Positions 27,876-36,782 are shown, numbered from the stretch's first letter. The stretch is DNA of 64,000 nucleotides from Pelagibacteraceae bacterium AG-422-B15 (GCA_003213715.1 QCMN01000004.1:2161-66160), one strand, 5' to 3'. The notes: generated by a model from the letters alone, not told the origin. Program-made: numbers and translations.

Positions 27876-28801
27876 CATCACTTTTTTATATCGAGCATGC
27901 AAACGGAAAGGTCAGCGATCAAAGTTTAAAAGCTATAACAGCAGCGTCTCAAATTGAAGGCGATGTTCACGGACTTATTGTGGGCTCAAATATTGATGAA
28001 GCTGTTGCGGAGGCTTCAAAAATTAATGGATTGAGTAAATTACTCCACTTGGATGATGCAGCATTTGATAATGTTTTGGCTGAAAAACTTACTCAAGTTA
28101 TTTTTAATATTGCCGGCGATTATGACTACTTTTTGGCTGCCGCAACAACAACTGGTAAAAATGTGATGCCTAGACTTGCTGCAAAACTTGATGTCTCTCA
28201 AATATCGGAGATCGTTGCTGTTGAAGGTGCAGATACATTTATTAGAACAATTTATGCTGGTAACGCTATTGCAACTGTACAAACATCTGACGCAAAGAAA
28301 GTTCTCACAGTTAGACCAACTGCTTTCAAAGCTGCAACAACTGACTCTGCTGAATGCGAGGTTGCAAAGATAAATGCAGAGAATATTCCATCAATTTCAG
28401 AATTTGTGGGCGAAGAGCTAACAAAATCTGATAGGCCAGAACTTACTTCTGCAAAGACAATTATTTCAGGTGGACGTGGAATGCAAAATGGAGAAAACTT
28501 TGAACTTTTGGATAAAGTAGCTGAAAAACTTGGAGCTGCTGTTGGAGCATCTCGAGCTGCCGTTGATGCAGGCTTTGTTCCAAATGATTATCAAGTCGGA
28601 CAAACCGGTAAAGTTGTAGCACCCGAACTGTACATAGCGGTCGGAATATCTGGAGCGATCCAGCACTTGGCTGGCATGAAAGACTCAAAAATTATAGTTG
28701 CCATAAATAAAGATGAAGAAGCACCTATATTTGATGTGGCAGACTATGGTTTGGTAGCAGACTTGTTTCAAGTTCTTCCCGAATTAGAACAAGCCTTATA
28801 A
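27872..28801 (+). CDS. etfA: Electron transfer flavoprotein alpha subunit
   Basis: 309 aa. C-terminal FAD-binding block ([31 protein letters not shown]). ATGA overlap with etfB. Confidence 0.93.
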   Translation: MTSLFYIEHANGKVSDQSLKAITAASQIEGDVHGLIVGSNIDEAVAEASKINGLSKLLHLDDAAFDNVLAEKLTQVIFNIAGDYDYFLAAATTTGKNVMPRLAAKLDVSQISEIVAVEGADTFIRTIYAGNAIATVQTSDAKKVLTVRPTAFKAATTDSAECEVAKINAENIPSISEFVGEELTKSDRPELTSAKTIISGGRGMQNGENFELLDKVAEKLGAAVGASRAAVDAGFVPNDYQVGQTGKVVAPELYIAVGISGAIQHLAGMKDSKIIVAINKDEEAPIFDVADYGLVADLFQVLPELEQAL

Positions 28802-28805
28802 TTAT

Positions 28806-29339
28806 TTATAAATTACTATCAATATAATCTTGAAAGTAGTTACTGTCCCATTCAGTTGGACCAATAAACTTTGCTATTTGATTTCCCTCTTGATCAATAA
28901 AAAATGAAAATGGAAGTCCTGCTGCTCTCACTTCTCGTGGTATATTATTTTTATCGTCAAAGAATAAATCTATATTTTGGATTTCGTATTCATTAAAAAA
29001 ATTTACTGACTTTTTCTTCGGCCCACGATCAACGCTTATTGCAAGTATCTGAAAATCTTGTTTATCATATTTTTGTTGTAATCTATCGAGTGATGGCATT
29101 TCTTCTTTGCAAGGTTCACACCATGTTGCCCAGAGATTAATTAAAAGCAACTTGCCATTAAAATCATTTAAAGTGACATCATTGCTATTGATATCTTCGA
29201 ATTTACTCAAAAAACCTTGTTTTTTTTCTATTATCAACTCATTCGCGTATGAATTTGAAGTATATAAACTGTTGCAAAAGATAAGGATTGTGGCATATAC
29301 CATCAAAATTATAAATCTACTGCATAAAGAAATCATCAT
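28806..29339 (-). CDS. TlpA/ResA-like periplasmic thiol:disulfide oxidoreductase
   Basis: Thioredoxin-fold active site WATWCEPCKEEMP preceded by a membrane anchor. Start moved to the ATG at 29339 (MMISLCSRF...) because the track ORF to 29459 would overlap argH by 92 nt. Confidence 0.8.
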   Translation of the reverse strand: MMISLCSRFIILMVYATILIFCNSLYTSNSYANELIIEKKQGFLSKFEDINSNDVTLNDFNGKLLLINLWATWCEPCKEEMPSLDRLQQKYDKQDFQILAISVDRGPKKKSVNFFNEYEIQNIDLFFDDKNNIPREVRAAGLPFSFFIDQEGNQIAKFIGPTEWDSNYFQDYIDSNL

Positions 29340-29367
29340 TATTTGAGAAATAAATAGTTTTAGTAAA

Positions 29368-30765
29368 ATGTCCATTAAAAAAAATAAGTTAAGAGATAGA
29401 TTTAATAAAAAATCGAGTGAGTCTTTTATAAATATTAATTCGTCTTTGGAAAATGACAAATTTTTATTTGAAGAGGATATTGAAGCATCGATTGCACACG
29501 CTACAATGCTCTCGTCTCAAAAAATAATTTCTAATAAAGACTCAAAAAAAATTATTTCCGGATTAAAAAAAATTAGGACTGAAATTAAAAATAATAAATT
29601 TATATTTGATGATAATCTTGAAGATATCCACATGAATATTGAAAGTAGACTAGAAGAGCTTATTGGTGATGCCGCTGAAAGGTTACATACTGGTAGATCT
29701 AGAAATGATCAAGTTGTAACAGATTTAAAATTGTGGATGAAAAAAGATAATATACTGATTTCAAAAAAATTAAAAAAACTGAAATCTGCGTTACTACAGG
29801 TTGCAAGTAAAAATATTTTGATTACGTTTCCAGGCCTTACTCACCTGCAAACTGCGCAGCCAATATCAGTTGGACATTTTTTTATGGCGTACTTTGAAAT
29901 GTTTAACAGGGATACGAATCGATTCAGCGACTCTTTTAGAAGAATGAACGAAAATCCACTTGGTGCAGGAGCCTTAGCGGGAACTAATTTTCCAATTAAT
30001 AGAAACAAAACAACGAAAATGCTTGACTTTAAAAAACCTACAAAAAATTCATTGGATACAGTTTCTGATCGAGATTTTGTGGTAGATTTTTTATCTAGTT
30101 CATCCTTAATGGCTGTTCACTTATCAAGGTTAGCCGAGGAAATTACTCTTTATAATTCCGATTTAGTGGGTTTCTTTAAAATCGGAGACCAATTAATGTC
30201 GAGTTCTTCAATTATGCCTCAGAAAAAAAATCCTGATGGCGCTGAATTAATTAGAGCAAAATCTTCGACAATTTCAGGAAATCTATCATCTATGCTTAAC
30301 TTGCTTAAATCTCTTCCACTAACTTACAGCAAAGACCTTCAGGAAGATAAGGCGCTTGTAACCTCAACAAGTAAAAACATTCATCTTTGTCTCGATTGTA
30401 TGATCGAAATAATCTCTACAATTAAAATTGAAAAATCAAACATCGAGAAAAAGCTTAAATCTTCTTTTGCCAATGCAACTGATTTAGCAGATTGGCTAGT
30501 TATAAATCTTGGTTATTCTTTTAGAAGTGCGCACAATTTAACCGCTAAAATTGTCAACTTTGCAGAAAAAAAGAAAATAAGTTTAAATAAGATATCGATG
30601 AAGGATTATAAAAAATTTGATAAAAATATAGACAAATCTGTGTATGGATTTTTAGATTTGAAAAATAGTATTAACAATAAAAAAAGCTATGGCGGAACAG
30701 CAATATCTGAGATAAGAAAAATGATTAGTCAAGCTAGGAAAGAATTAAGTAATGAAAAATATTAG
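29368..30765 (+). CDS. argH: Argininosuccinate lyase
   Basis: 465 aa. Fumarate-lyase signature region (SSIMPQKKNPD), TGRSRNDQV. Confidence 0.92.
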   Translation: MSIKKNKLRDRFNKKSSESFININSSLENDKFLFEEDIEASIAHATMLSSQKIISNKDSKKIISGLKKIRTEIKNNKFIFDDNLEDIHMNIESRLEELIGDAAERLHTGRSRNDQVVTDLKLWMKKDNILISKKLKKLKSALLQVASKNILITFPGLTHLQTAQPISVGHFFMAYFEMFNRDTNRFSDSFRRMNENPLGAGALAGTNFPINRNKTTKMLDFKKPTKNSLDTVSDRDFVVDFLSSSSLMAVHLSRLAEEITLYNSDLVGFFKIGDQLMSSSSIMPQKKNPDGAELIRAKSSTISGNLSSMLNLLKSLPLTYSKDLQEDKALVTSTSKNIHLCLDCMIEIISTIKIEKSNIEKKLKSSFANATDLADWLVINLGYSFRSAHNLTAKIVNFAEKKKISLNKISMKDYKKFDKNIDKSVYGFLDLKNSINNKKSYGGTAISEIRKMISQARKELSNEKY

Positions 30766-30874
30766 TATTTTGATTATTTTCTTATGTATTCTTGGTTGTG
30801 GGAAAAAAGGCTCTCTTGAATTTCCCCCAACAGAATCAAAAAGCAATTATAAAATAGAGATCTATAAGGCTTAA
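30752..30874 (+). CDS. lptM: Small lipoprotein (lipopeptide), LptM/YifL/LppL-like
   Basis: Absent from the ORF track because it is 40 aa: MKNISILIIFLCILGCGKKGSLEFPPTESKSNYKIEIYKA. Lipobox LGC followed by G-K-K-G-x-L-x-F-P, the LPAM-type motif of E. coli LptM (CGLKGPLYFP). Sits immediately upstream of lysA, like lppL in Pseudomonas. Confidence 0.7.
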   Translation: MKNISILIIFLCILGCGKKGSLEFPPTESKSNYKIEIYKA

Positions 30875-30876
30875 AA

Positions 30877-32109
30877 ATGTCCTTTTTACAATATGAAAAT
30901 GATATCCTTAAATTTGAGGATATCTCAATAAGAGAAATTGCTGAAGGTAGAGCTACACCATTCTACTGTTATAGCAAACAAACTCTCACAAATAATTTTA
31001 GAGAGTTTTCAGATTCACTTACTTCACTTGATGCAACGGTGTGTTTTTCTCTCAAATCAAATTCAAATCTAACAATACTAAAAACTCTAACCGAACTCGA
31101 AGCGGGAGGAGATGTTGTTTCTGAGTGGGAAATGAGAAAAGCATTACAAGCAGGGATGAAACCAAATAAAATAGTTTTTTCAGGCATTGGCAAAACTGCT
31201 AGCGATATTCAATTTGCGATCAGTAATAATTGTTTACAAATCAATGCAGAATCACTCGATGAACTTGATCATATAAATCGAATAGCTTCTGTGTCGGGAA
31301 AAATTCAGAAAGTAGGAATTAGGATTAATCCAGATATACAATCAGAAACGCACAAAAAAATTAGCACAGGCAGTCTCGAGGATAAATTTGGAATCAGTAT
31401 AGAACAAACTTACGAAATTTTTCAGAATCGACAAAATTATCCAAATTTAGATATTTCATCTATAGCTTTTCATATAGGTAGCAATATTAAAGACCTAACA
31501 CCATTTCAAAGAACATTTAAAATTATTGGTGAATTAGTTGCTAAAATAAATAGTGAAACAAAAAAAATAAATACCGTTGATGTTGGTGGGGGAATTAGTC
31601 CTGAAAAAAGAAATTTTACTTTTGAAGACTATAAAAACTTAATCGTAAAATATTTTGATACAGAGAATCTTAAATTTATCTTTGAACCAGGTAGGCTTAT
31701 AGCTGCAAATGCAGGAATATTAGTATCAAAAGTACTTTATACAAAGAATATAACTGGAAAAAAATTTGTCATTATCGACGCAGGTATGAACGATATGATG
31801 AGGCCTGCATTATACGATGCTCATCACGAAATAATGCCAGATGTCAGGACCAGTGAATATGATGAAATAAATACAGATATAGTTGGTCCAATATGTGAGA
31901 GTTCTGACGTATTTCTTAATATTCAAAAATTTAATAAAGTAAAGAGTGGTCAATACGTCATATTAAAAGATGTTGGGGCATATGGTTCAACGATGAGTTC
32001 AAACTATAATGCTCGACCACTTATTGAAGAGCTCATGGTAGATGGATCTCAAATAAGAATAATTAGAAAAACTCAGTCATACGAAGACTTTATTAAAAAT
32101 GAAATTTAA
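30877..32109 (+). CDS. lysA: Diaminopimelate decarboxylase
   Basis: 410 aa. Orn/DAP/Arg decarboxylase family 2 motifs (CFSLKSN, DVGGGI, EPGR, GAYG). Confidence 0.92.
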   Translation: MSFLQYENDILKFEDISIREIAEGRATPFYCYSKQTLTNNFREFSDSLTSLDATVCFSLKSNSNLTILKTLTELEAGGDVVSEWEMRKALQAGMKPNKIVFSGIGKTASDIQFAISNNCLQINAESLDELDHINRIASVSGKIQKVGIRINPDIQSETHKKISTGSLEDKFGISIEQTYEIFQNRQNYPNLDISSIAFHIGSNIKDLTPFQRTFKIIGELVAKINSETKKINTVDVGGGISPEKRNFTFEDYKNLIVKYFDTENLKFIFEPGRLIAANAGILVSKVLYTKNITGKKFVIIDAGMNDMMRPALYDAHHEIMPDVRTSEYDEINTDIVGPICESSDVFLNIQKFNKVKSGQYVILKDVGAYGSTMSSNYNARPLIEELMVDGSQIRIIRKTQSYEDFIKNEI

Positions 32110-32495
32110 TAAGAAAAGAAGCTTCTTATTTGTTCTAATATATAATCAATATAACTGTTAATTGACCTGCTCAATTCAAATGCATTTACACTAGAGTTTT
32201 GTATAACCGCATCGATTGATATGAAAATTACTGGGGTCAATAAAAGTAGAAATGGGAGTGGAATACTTGTTTTGTTTTTTTCATAAACAACTGGTAAATT
32301 CTGATCCTTTGAATGATCCCGTTCTGCGTAAGTATTAACAATTTCCTCTATTTGTAACTTTTTATCATTTTCATAATTCTTATTTTCATGAAACCATGAA
32401 TGGTTGCATCTTGTACATTTAACCTGTCTGCCAAAGCCAATATCCTCTATATTTACTAGATACTTTGCCGAACATGATGGACAGGATATTATCAT
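32106..32495 (-). CDS. MJ0042-type zinc-ribbon membrane protein
   Basis: 129 aa. N-terminal MIISCPSCSAKYLV...VKCTRCNHSW zinc ribbon followed by one TM segment. Confidence 0.7.
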   Translation of the reverse strand: MIISCPSCSAKYLVNIEDIGFGRQVKCTRCNHSWFHENKNYENDKKLQIEEIVNTYAERDHSKDQNLPVVYEKNKTSIPLPFLLLLTPVIFISIDAVIQNSSVNAFELSRSINSYIDYILEQIRSFFSY

Positions 32496-32555
32496 AGTCT
32501 TACTTAATTTTATTAATTGTAATTATTAGCAGTAAAATAGTGTAACTTATTTAAA

Positions 32556-33134
32556 ATGATTAATGAATTAAAATCACATTACATTCATTTTTCTCTACTT
32601 TTATTTGTAATTATCGTACTCTTACAATTTAATTTCTTTCTCTTCAACATTCAAAGCTATAAAAATACAGACCTCAATGAAAAAGAAATCGAAGGAATTG
32701 TCGTACTAACTGGTGATAAATTTAGAATATTAGAGGGACTTAAAATACTTAATAGTGAGATTGGGTACAAACTTTTAATATCAGGAGTTAATAAAGAAAT
32801 TCCTATTGAGGAAATAAAAAAAGAATTTCCAAAATTCAATCAGCTGTTTAATTGTTGTATTGAACTTGAGAGCATTTCAACAAATACCTTCGAAAATGTT
32901 AGAGAAATTTTTTTTTGGAAAAAGAATAATAATATTAAAAATATTCTATTAATAACATCTGATTACCATCTACCAAGAGTTAAACTCGAGGTAAATCGAC
33001 TTTTATTAGATAAAGAAACTTTCTATTATGGTGTAAAATATGACAATCAAAAAATAAATATTCGTATGAAGAAATTAATTGTAGAGTATATAAAATATTT
33101 AAGGACAAAAATAAGTTTGAGTATAGGACTTTAA
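32556..33134 (+). CDS. YdcF/SanA (DUF218) family protein
   Basis: 192 aa. N-terminal TM segment, then VVLTGD...LLISGVN...TNTFENV...LLITSDYHLPR. Confidence 0.75.
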   Translation: MINELKSHYIHFSLLLFVIIVLLQFNFFLFNIQSYKNTDLNEKEIEGIVVLTGDKFRILEGLKILNSEIGYKLLISGVNKEIPIEEIKKEFPKFNQLFNCCIELESISTNTFENVREIFFWKKNNNIKNILLITSDYHLPRVKLEVNRLLLDKETFYYGVKYDNQKINIRMKKLIVEYIKYLRTKISLSIGL

Positions 33135-33137
33135 ATC

Positions 33138-33872
33138 ATGATTTATGTAAGATCACTTTTAGCAAATTTAGCATTTTATATTGTATTATTAATTTGTATT
33201 TTTTTTGCACCTATACTTTTTTTCTTACCTAAAATACACATGCTTGGCATCATACGTTTTCAGTCAACACATACAAAATTAAGCCTTAAGCTATTTGCAA
33301 ATCTAGAAGTTGAGTACCGTGGGTTAGAAAACATTCCAAGCACTCGAAAATATCTCATAGCTGCTAAACATCAATCTCTTGCAGAAGCTATTTTTCTTAA
33401 TGAAGCAATTGAAACACCGTCAATAATTGCAAAAAAACAATTATTATTCATACCAATTGTTGGACTTTGTTTTAAGAAAGCCAATTTCATATATGTCGAT
33501 AGGAGAAAAGGGGAAACAAATATTCAGGCAATGGTGAATTCTGCAAAAAGAAGTATGGACAATGATCCCCGTCCTTTATTAATTTTTCCTGAAGGGACCA
33601 GAACACCAATTGGTGAACGTCGCCAATATAAGTATGGCGTTACAGCTTTGTACGATGGTCTCAAAATTCCTTGTCTACCAGTTGCAATTAATTGTGGTTA
33701 CTTTTGGTCAAGGAGACGATTTCTTCGTTATCCTGGTAAAATGGTAATTGAATTTTTAAAACCAATTGAGCCAGGACTAGATAAAAGTGAATTTACAGAA
33801 AAATTATATAATTCTATTGAAAATCAGTCTGATAAACTGCTTGAAGAGGCCAAGATTAAATATCCAAAATGA
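33138..33872 (+). CDS. plsC: 1-acyl-sn-glycerol-3-phosphate acyltransferase family (lysophospholipid acyltransferase)
   Basis: 244 aa. Acyltransferase motif I variant (AAKHQSLAEA) and motif III (IFPEGTRT). Confidence 0.8.
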   Translation: MIYVRSLLANLAFYIVLLICIFFAPILFFLPKIHMLGIIRFQSTHTKLSLKLFANLEVEYRGLENIPSTRKYLIAAKHQSLAEAIFLNEAIETPSIIAKKQLLFIPIVGLCFKKANFIYVDRRKGETNIQAMVNSAKRSMDNDPRPLLIFPEGTRTPIGERRQYKYGVTALYDGLKIPCLPVAINCGYFWSRRRFLRYPGKMVIEFLKPIEPGLDKSEFTEKLYNSIENQSDKLLEEAKIKYPK

Positions 33873-34603
33873 AGATATTTTCATTTAATAGAATAATCGT
33901 TTTGGTATTGGCTATTTTGGTCTTTTATTCAATTTATTGGATGTTTATTTCTTTTCAGTTGAAATCCCAATTATCAAGTAACCTTGAAAGATACAACATT
34001 AAGTATAACGACTTGAGGGTGACGGGGTATCCTTACAGAATATCAGGTTTGATTGTAAATCCTATTCTCAACAGATCAGATAACCTATCTAATATAGAAA
34101 TAGGAAATATAAAAATTGATATGAATCCTTTCGATATAAGTAAACTAATGATGAGAACGGATAAAATAAATAGTTCTTTTAATGAAGACGATTCTTTAAA
34201 TTTTTTTTTGAATGATATTCAGCTGAGATTGTCGATGGATAAAGGGCAAATTAATGAGATTTATTCAATTTCAAATGATATGAGTCTGAATATAGGTGAT
34301 TACAATATAGAGAATATAAAAAAAATTATTTTTAAAATGAATAAAGTTAATGAGAATGGCTATCGCGTTTTTTTTACAGCCGTTGCATCAAATGTTTTAG
34401 ACTCATTTAAAAATGAAACAAGAATTTTGCTAGAGGGAAAAATTTCTGATTTAAGTACAAATTTAAATGGCAATATTCAACTAGACGTATCAAATGTTGA
34501 AAACAATGATAATTTGTTTAGTACCCCTTTGGTAATTAAAAATGGAATTATTTCTGTGCTTTTCATCCCTTTGATCGATTTAAAGGAATTATTTTCTTTT
34601 TGA
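33869..34603 (+). CDS. Membrane-anchored hypothetical protein, possibly DUF2125 family
   Basis: 244 aa with an N-terminal TM segment. The VTGYPYRISGL segment resembles the GFP-[FY]-R motif I associate with DUF2125. Unverified. Confidence 0.4.
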   Translation: MKIFSFNRIIVLVLAILVFYSIYWMFISFQLKSQLSSNLERYNIKYNDLRVTGYPYRISGLIVNPILNRSDNLSNIEIGNIKIDMNPFDISKLMMRTDKINSSFNEDDSLNFFLNDIQLRLSMDKGQINEIYSISNDMSLNIGDYNIENIKKIIFKMNKVNENGYRVFFTAVASNVLDSFKNETRILLEGKISDLSTNLNGNIQLDVSNVENNDNLFSTPLVIKNGIISVLFIPLIDLKELFSF

Positions 34604-35515
34604 TCTACCAAAATCGGCATCAGAAGTGTCTTGACCTGCTTTAATTATTTTCTCACGCACAATTCTTGTTTTTGAAAATAACTTATGCAAACTATCTCCG
34701 TCTTCCCACCGTATTGATTTTTGTATAGCACTCAGGTCTTCAGAAAATCTACCAATCATTTCTAATACAGCTTCTCTGTTTGCCAAAATTACATCTCTCC
34801 ACATAGTAGGATCTGAGGAAGCAATTCTTGTGAAATCTCTAAATCCACTCGCGCTATACTTAACAATATCTGATTTTGTAAAGTTTTCTAAATCAGCTGC
34901 TGTATGAACCATATTATAAGCAATTAGATGGGGCAAATGAGAAGTCACTGCCATTACTTTGTCATGTCTAGAAGGAGTCATAGTTTCTACTTTGCTTCCC
35001 AATTTTTTCCAAAAAGTTTTTACTTTATTTATGTCTCTGGTTTTATTGCCTTTTAAAGGTGTAATTATGCACCATCTTTCTTCGAATAGTTCAGCAAAGC
35101 CAGCTTTTGGCCCACTTTTTTCAGTACCAGCAATAGGATGAGCAGGTACAAAATTTATCTTTTTTTTAGTTAAACTCTCGACTTCTGAAATTGAAGACTC
35201 TTTCGCAGATCCAACATCTGTTACAATGGCATCTTTAGTAAGATGAGGTGATATCTTTTTAAAAATACTTTTGTAACTGCTTAAGTGAGTACAAATAATA
35301 ACCAAATCTGAATTCTTTACGCAGTCAGATATATTGTTTTTTATTTCACTAGTTAATTTAAGTTTTTTCGCGATAGTTCTTGTTTTTAAAGACCTAGAGT
35401 AACCAGAGGTAATTTCTGCTAGTTTTTTCTTTTTTATAGCTAAGGCAATAGAAGAACCTATTAAACCCAAACCAATTATACTAATTTTTTTAAATGTTCT
35501 CTTCTTACTTGGCAT
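34589..35515 (-). CDS. tyrC: Prephenate/arogenate (cyclohexadienyl) dehydrogenase
   Basis: 308 aa. Rossmann motif IIGLGLIGSS, HPIAG, and a PDH C-terminal domain. Overlaps hisC by 11 nt, the usual hisC-tyrC pairing. Confidence 0.85.
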   Translation of the reverse strand: MPSKKRTFKKISIIGLGLIGSSIALAIKKKKLAEITSGYSRSLKTRTIAKKLKLTSEIKNNISDCVKNSDLVIICTHLSSYKSIFKKISPHLTKDAIVTDVGSAKESSISEVESLTKKKINFVPAHPIAGTEKSGPKAGFAELFEERWCIITPLKGNKTRDINKVKTFWKKLGSKVETMTPSRHDKVMAVTSHLPHLIAYNMVHTAADLENFTKSDIVKYSASGFRDFTRIASSDPTMWRDVILANREAVLEMIGRFSEDLSAIQKSIRWEDGDSLHKLFSKTRIVREKIIKAGQDTSDADFGRSKRK

Positions 35516-36569
35516 TATAAAACTCTTTCATAGCTTTAAGGACTTTTCTATTTTCTGTAGATTTACCAATAGATAACCTAATGCAATCTGGAAGATTATA
35601 CTTATCCATTAACCTTACAATAATTGATTTTGACAATAAATACTGATTTAGTTTTTTTACAGATTTGCCTACATTAATGAGTAGAAAATTTGCTCTGCTA
35701 TCATAAACATTTACTGGCAATCTACTTAGTTCACTATTCATTTTTTTTAGCCAAAATTTGTTATGGTTTATCGCATTTTTTTCATATTTTTTATCTTTTA
35801 ATGCCTCAACGCCAGCAAGTTGGGCAATTTGATTTACGTTAAATGGCCCTCTCACTTTATTCATTAATTTTATTATATCTGTATGGGCGTAACACCAACC
35901 CAATCTCAAGGACGCCAAACCATAAATTTTTGAGAAAGTTCTAGTGACAATGATATTTTTATATTTTTTGGCAAAGTTAATGCCATTAGAATAATCTTTA
36001 TCAGTTACATATTCTGCATAGGCAGAATCAATAATTATAAATATCTTCTTAGGGACACGTGAGATAAGCAATCTTAATTCTTCTTTTGATAGATAAAATC
36101 CTGTTGGATTATTGGGCTGGGCAATAAATATAATTTTAGTTTTTTTTGTGATTTTATTTAAAATACTTTTTACATCAAAACGTAAATTTTTTGTTGATGA
36201 ACGTTTAACGACGCCCCCACTGATTTTAGAGTAAATTTCAAACATTAAAAAACTGTGCTTAGGAATAATAACTTCGTCTCCTTTATTAAGAAAAAGTTGA
36301 CAAGCCAGGCCTAGTATCTCGTCTGATCCATTTCCAACGAAGAGGTTGTTGATATTTAATTTGGTTTTTTTTGATAAGGCATTTTTTAATTCCAGACTAT
36401 TTCCGTCAGGATATTTGTGAGTTTTTGACTTAGCCGTTGATATCGCCTTTTGTACTCGCAAGCTCGGACCAAATGGTGACTCATTAGAGGACACCTTAAT
36501 AACTTGCTTTTTGCCAGGAATTGATGAAATGCCTCCTTCGTAAAGCTTTATATTTTTAAGTTTTTTCAT
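35505..36569 (-). CDS. hisC: Histidinol-phosphate / aromatic aminotransferase (class II)
   Basis: 354 aa. SSNESPFGPS, PNNPTG and the PLP-lysine region (RTFSKIYGLASLRLG). Confidence 0.88.
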   Translation of the reverse strand: MKKLKNIKLYEGGISSIPGKKQVIKVSSNESPFGPSLRVQKAISTAKSKTHKYPDGNSLELKNALSKKTKLNINNLFVGNGSDEILGLACQLFLNKGDEVIIPKHSFLMFEIYSKISGGVVKRSSTKNLRFDVKSILNKITKKTKIIFIAQPNNPTGFYLSKEELRLLISRVPKKIFIIIDSAYAEYVTDKDYSNGINFAKKYKNIIVTRTFSKIYGLASLRLGWCYAHTDIIKLMNKVRGPFNVNQIAQLAGVEALKDKKYEKNAINHNKFWLKKMNSELSRLPVNVYDSRANFLLINVGKSVKKLNQYLLSKSIIVRLMDKYNLPDCIRLSIGKSTENRKVLKAMKEFYNAK

Positions 36570-36643
36570 ATTTCAATTGGCTATAAATAGGTGAATATCG
36601 CTAAATTTGAAAGAAAATCTTTGAAATAAATAAATCTTCTAAT

Positions 36644-36670
36644 TTGACAATATCCTATTGAATATATAAT
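36644..36670 (+). promoter_or_regulatory. Putative sigma70-type promoter of the metXW leader
   Basis: TTGACA (36644..36649), a short 15-nt spacer, then TATAAT (36665..36670). The predicted transcription start falls at the first nucleotides of the riboswitch-like element. Confidence 0.4.
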
Positions 36671-36678
36671 ACATGAAT

Positions 36679-36730
36679 TGCGCCGATTTGAGCACAGCTT
36701 GCGGGCGCAATAAAAATGCAGCTAAAGAGG
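36679..36730 (+). promoter_or_regulatory. SAM-II-like (SAM-II/SAM-V clan) riboswitch aptamer upstream of metX
   Basis: UGCGCCGAUUUGAGCACAGCUUGCGGGCGCAAUAAAAAUGCAGCUAAAGAGG. P1 is GCGCC/GGCGC and the loop carries GAUUU...AGCUUG. The downstream A-rich strand ...AAAAAUGCAGCUAAAG can pseudoknot with the loop AGCU. This matches my recollection of the metA/metX SAM-II motif in Alphaproteobacteria. Confidence 0.6.
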
Positions 36731-36736
36731 TAGTTG

Positions 36737-36772
36737 AAACCGCCAAACTTAGTTGTTGGGCGGTTTTTTTTT
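36737..36772 (+). terminator. Intrinsic terminator, putative expression platform of the riboswitch
   Basis: AAACCGCCAAAC-UUAGUU-GUUGGGCGGUUU hairpin with one A.G mismatch, followed by a U9 run. It ends 10 nt before the metX ATG. Confidence 0.65.
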
Positions 36773-36782
36773 GGAAAAAATT

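Noticed and set aside
23408-28801. Visibly higher GC in ccr-mcd-etf (and atp, phaAB) against very low GC in pabBC, DUF1015 and hisC, considered as a sign of horizontal transfer
   Set aside because: The differences track protein conservation and expression level. Highly constrained enzymes resist AT drift. Boundaries coincide with gene ends rather than with repeats or tRNAs. It was not computed quantitatively.
29340-29459. Long-form start of the TlpA-like ORF overlapping argH
   Set aside because: It would create a 92-nt divergent overlap. The internal ATG-ATG at 29339 gives a typical short cytoplasmic N-terminus plus membrane anchor.
36753-36782. TTG start of the metX ORF (MLGGFFLEKI)
   Set aside because: These codons are the 3' arm and U-tract of the intrinsic terminator. 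The ATG at 36783 gives the normal MetX N-terminus.
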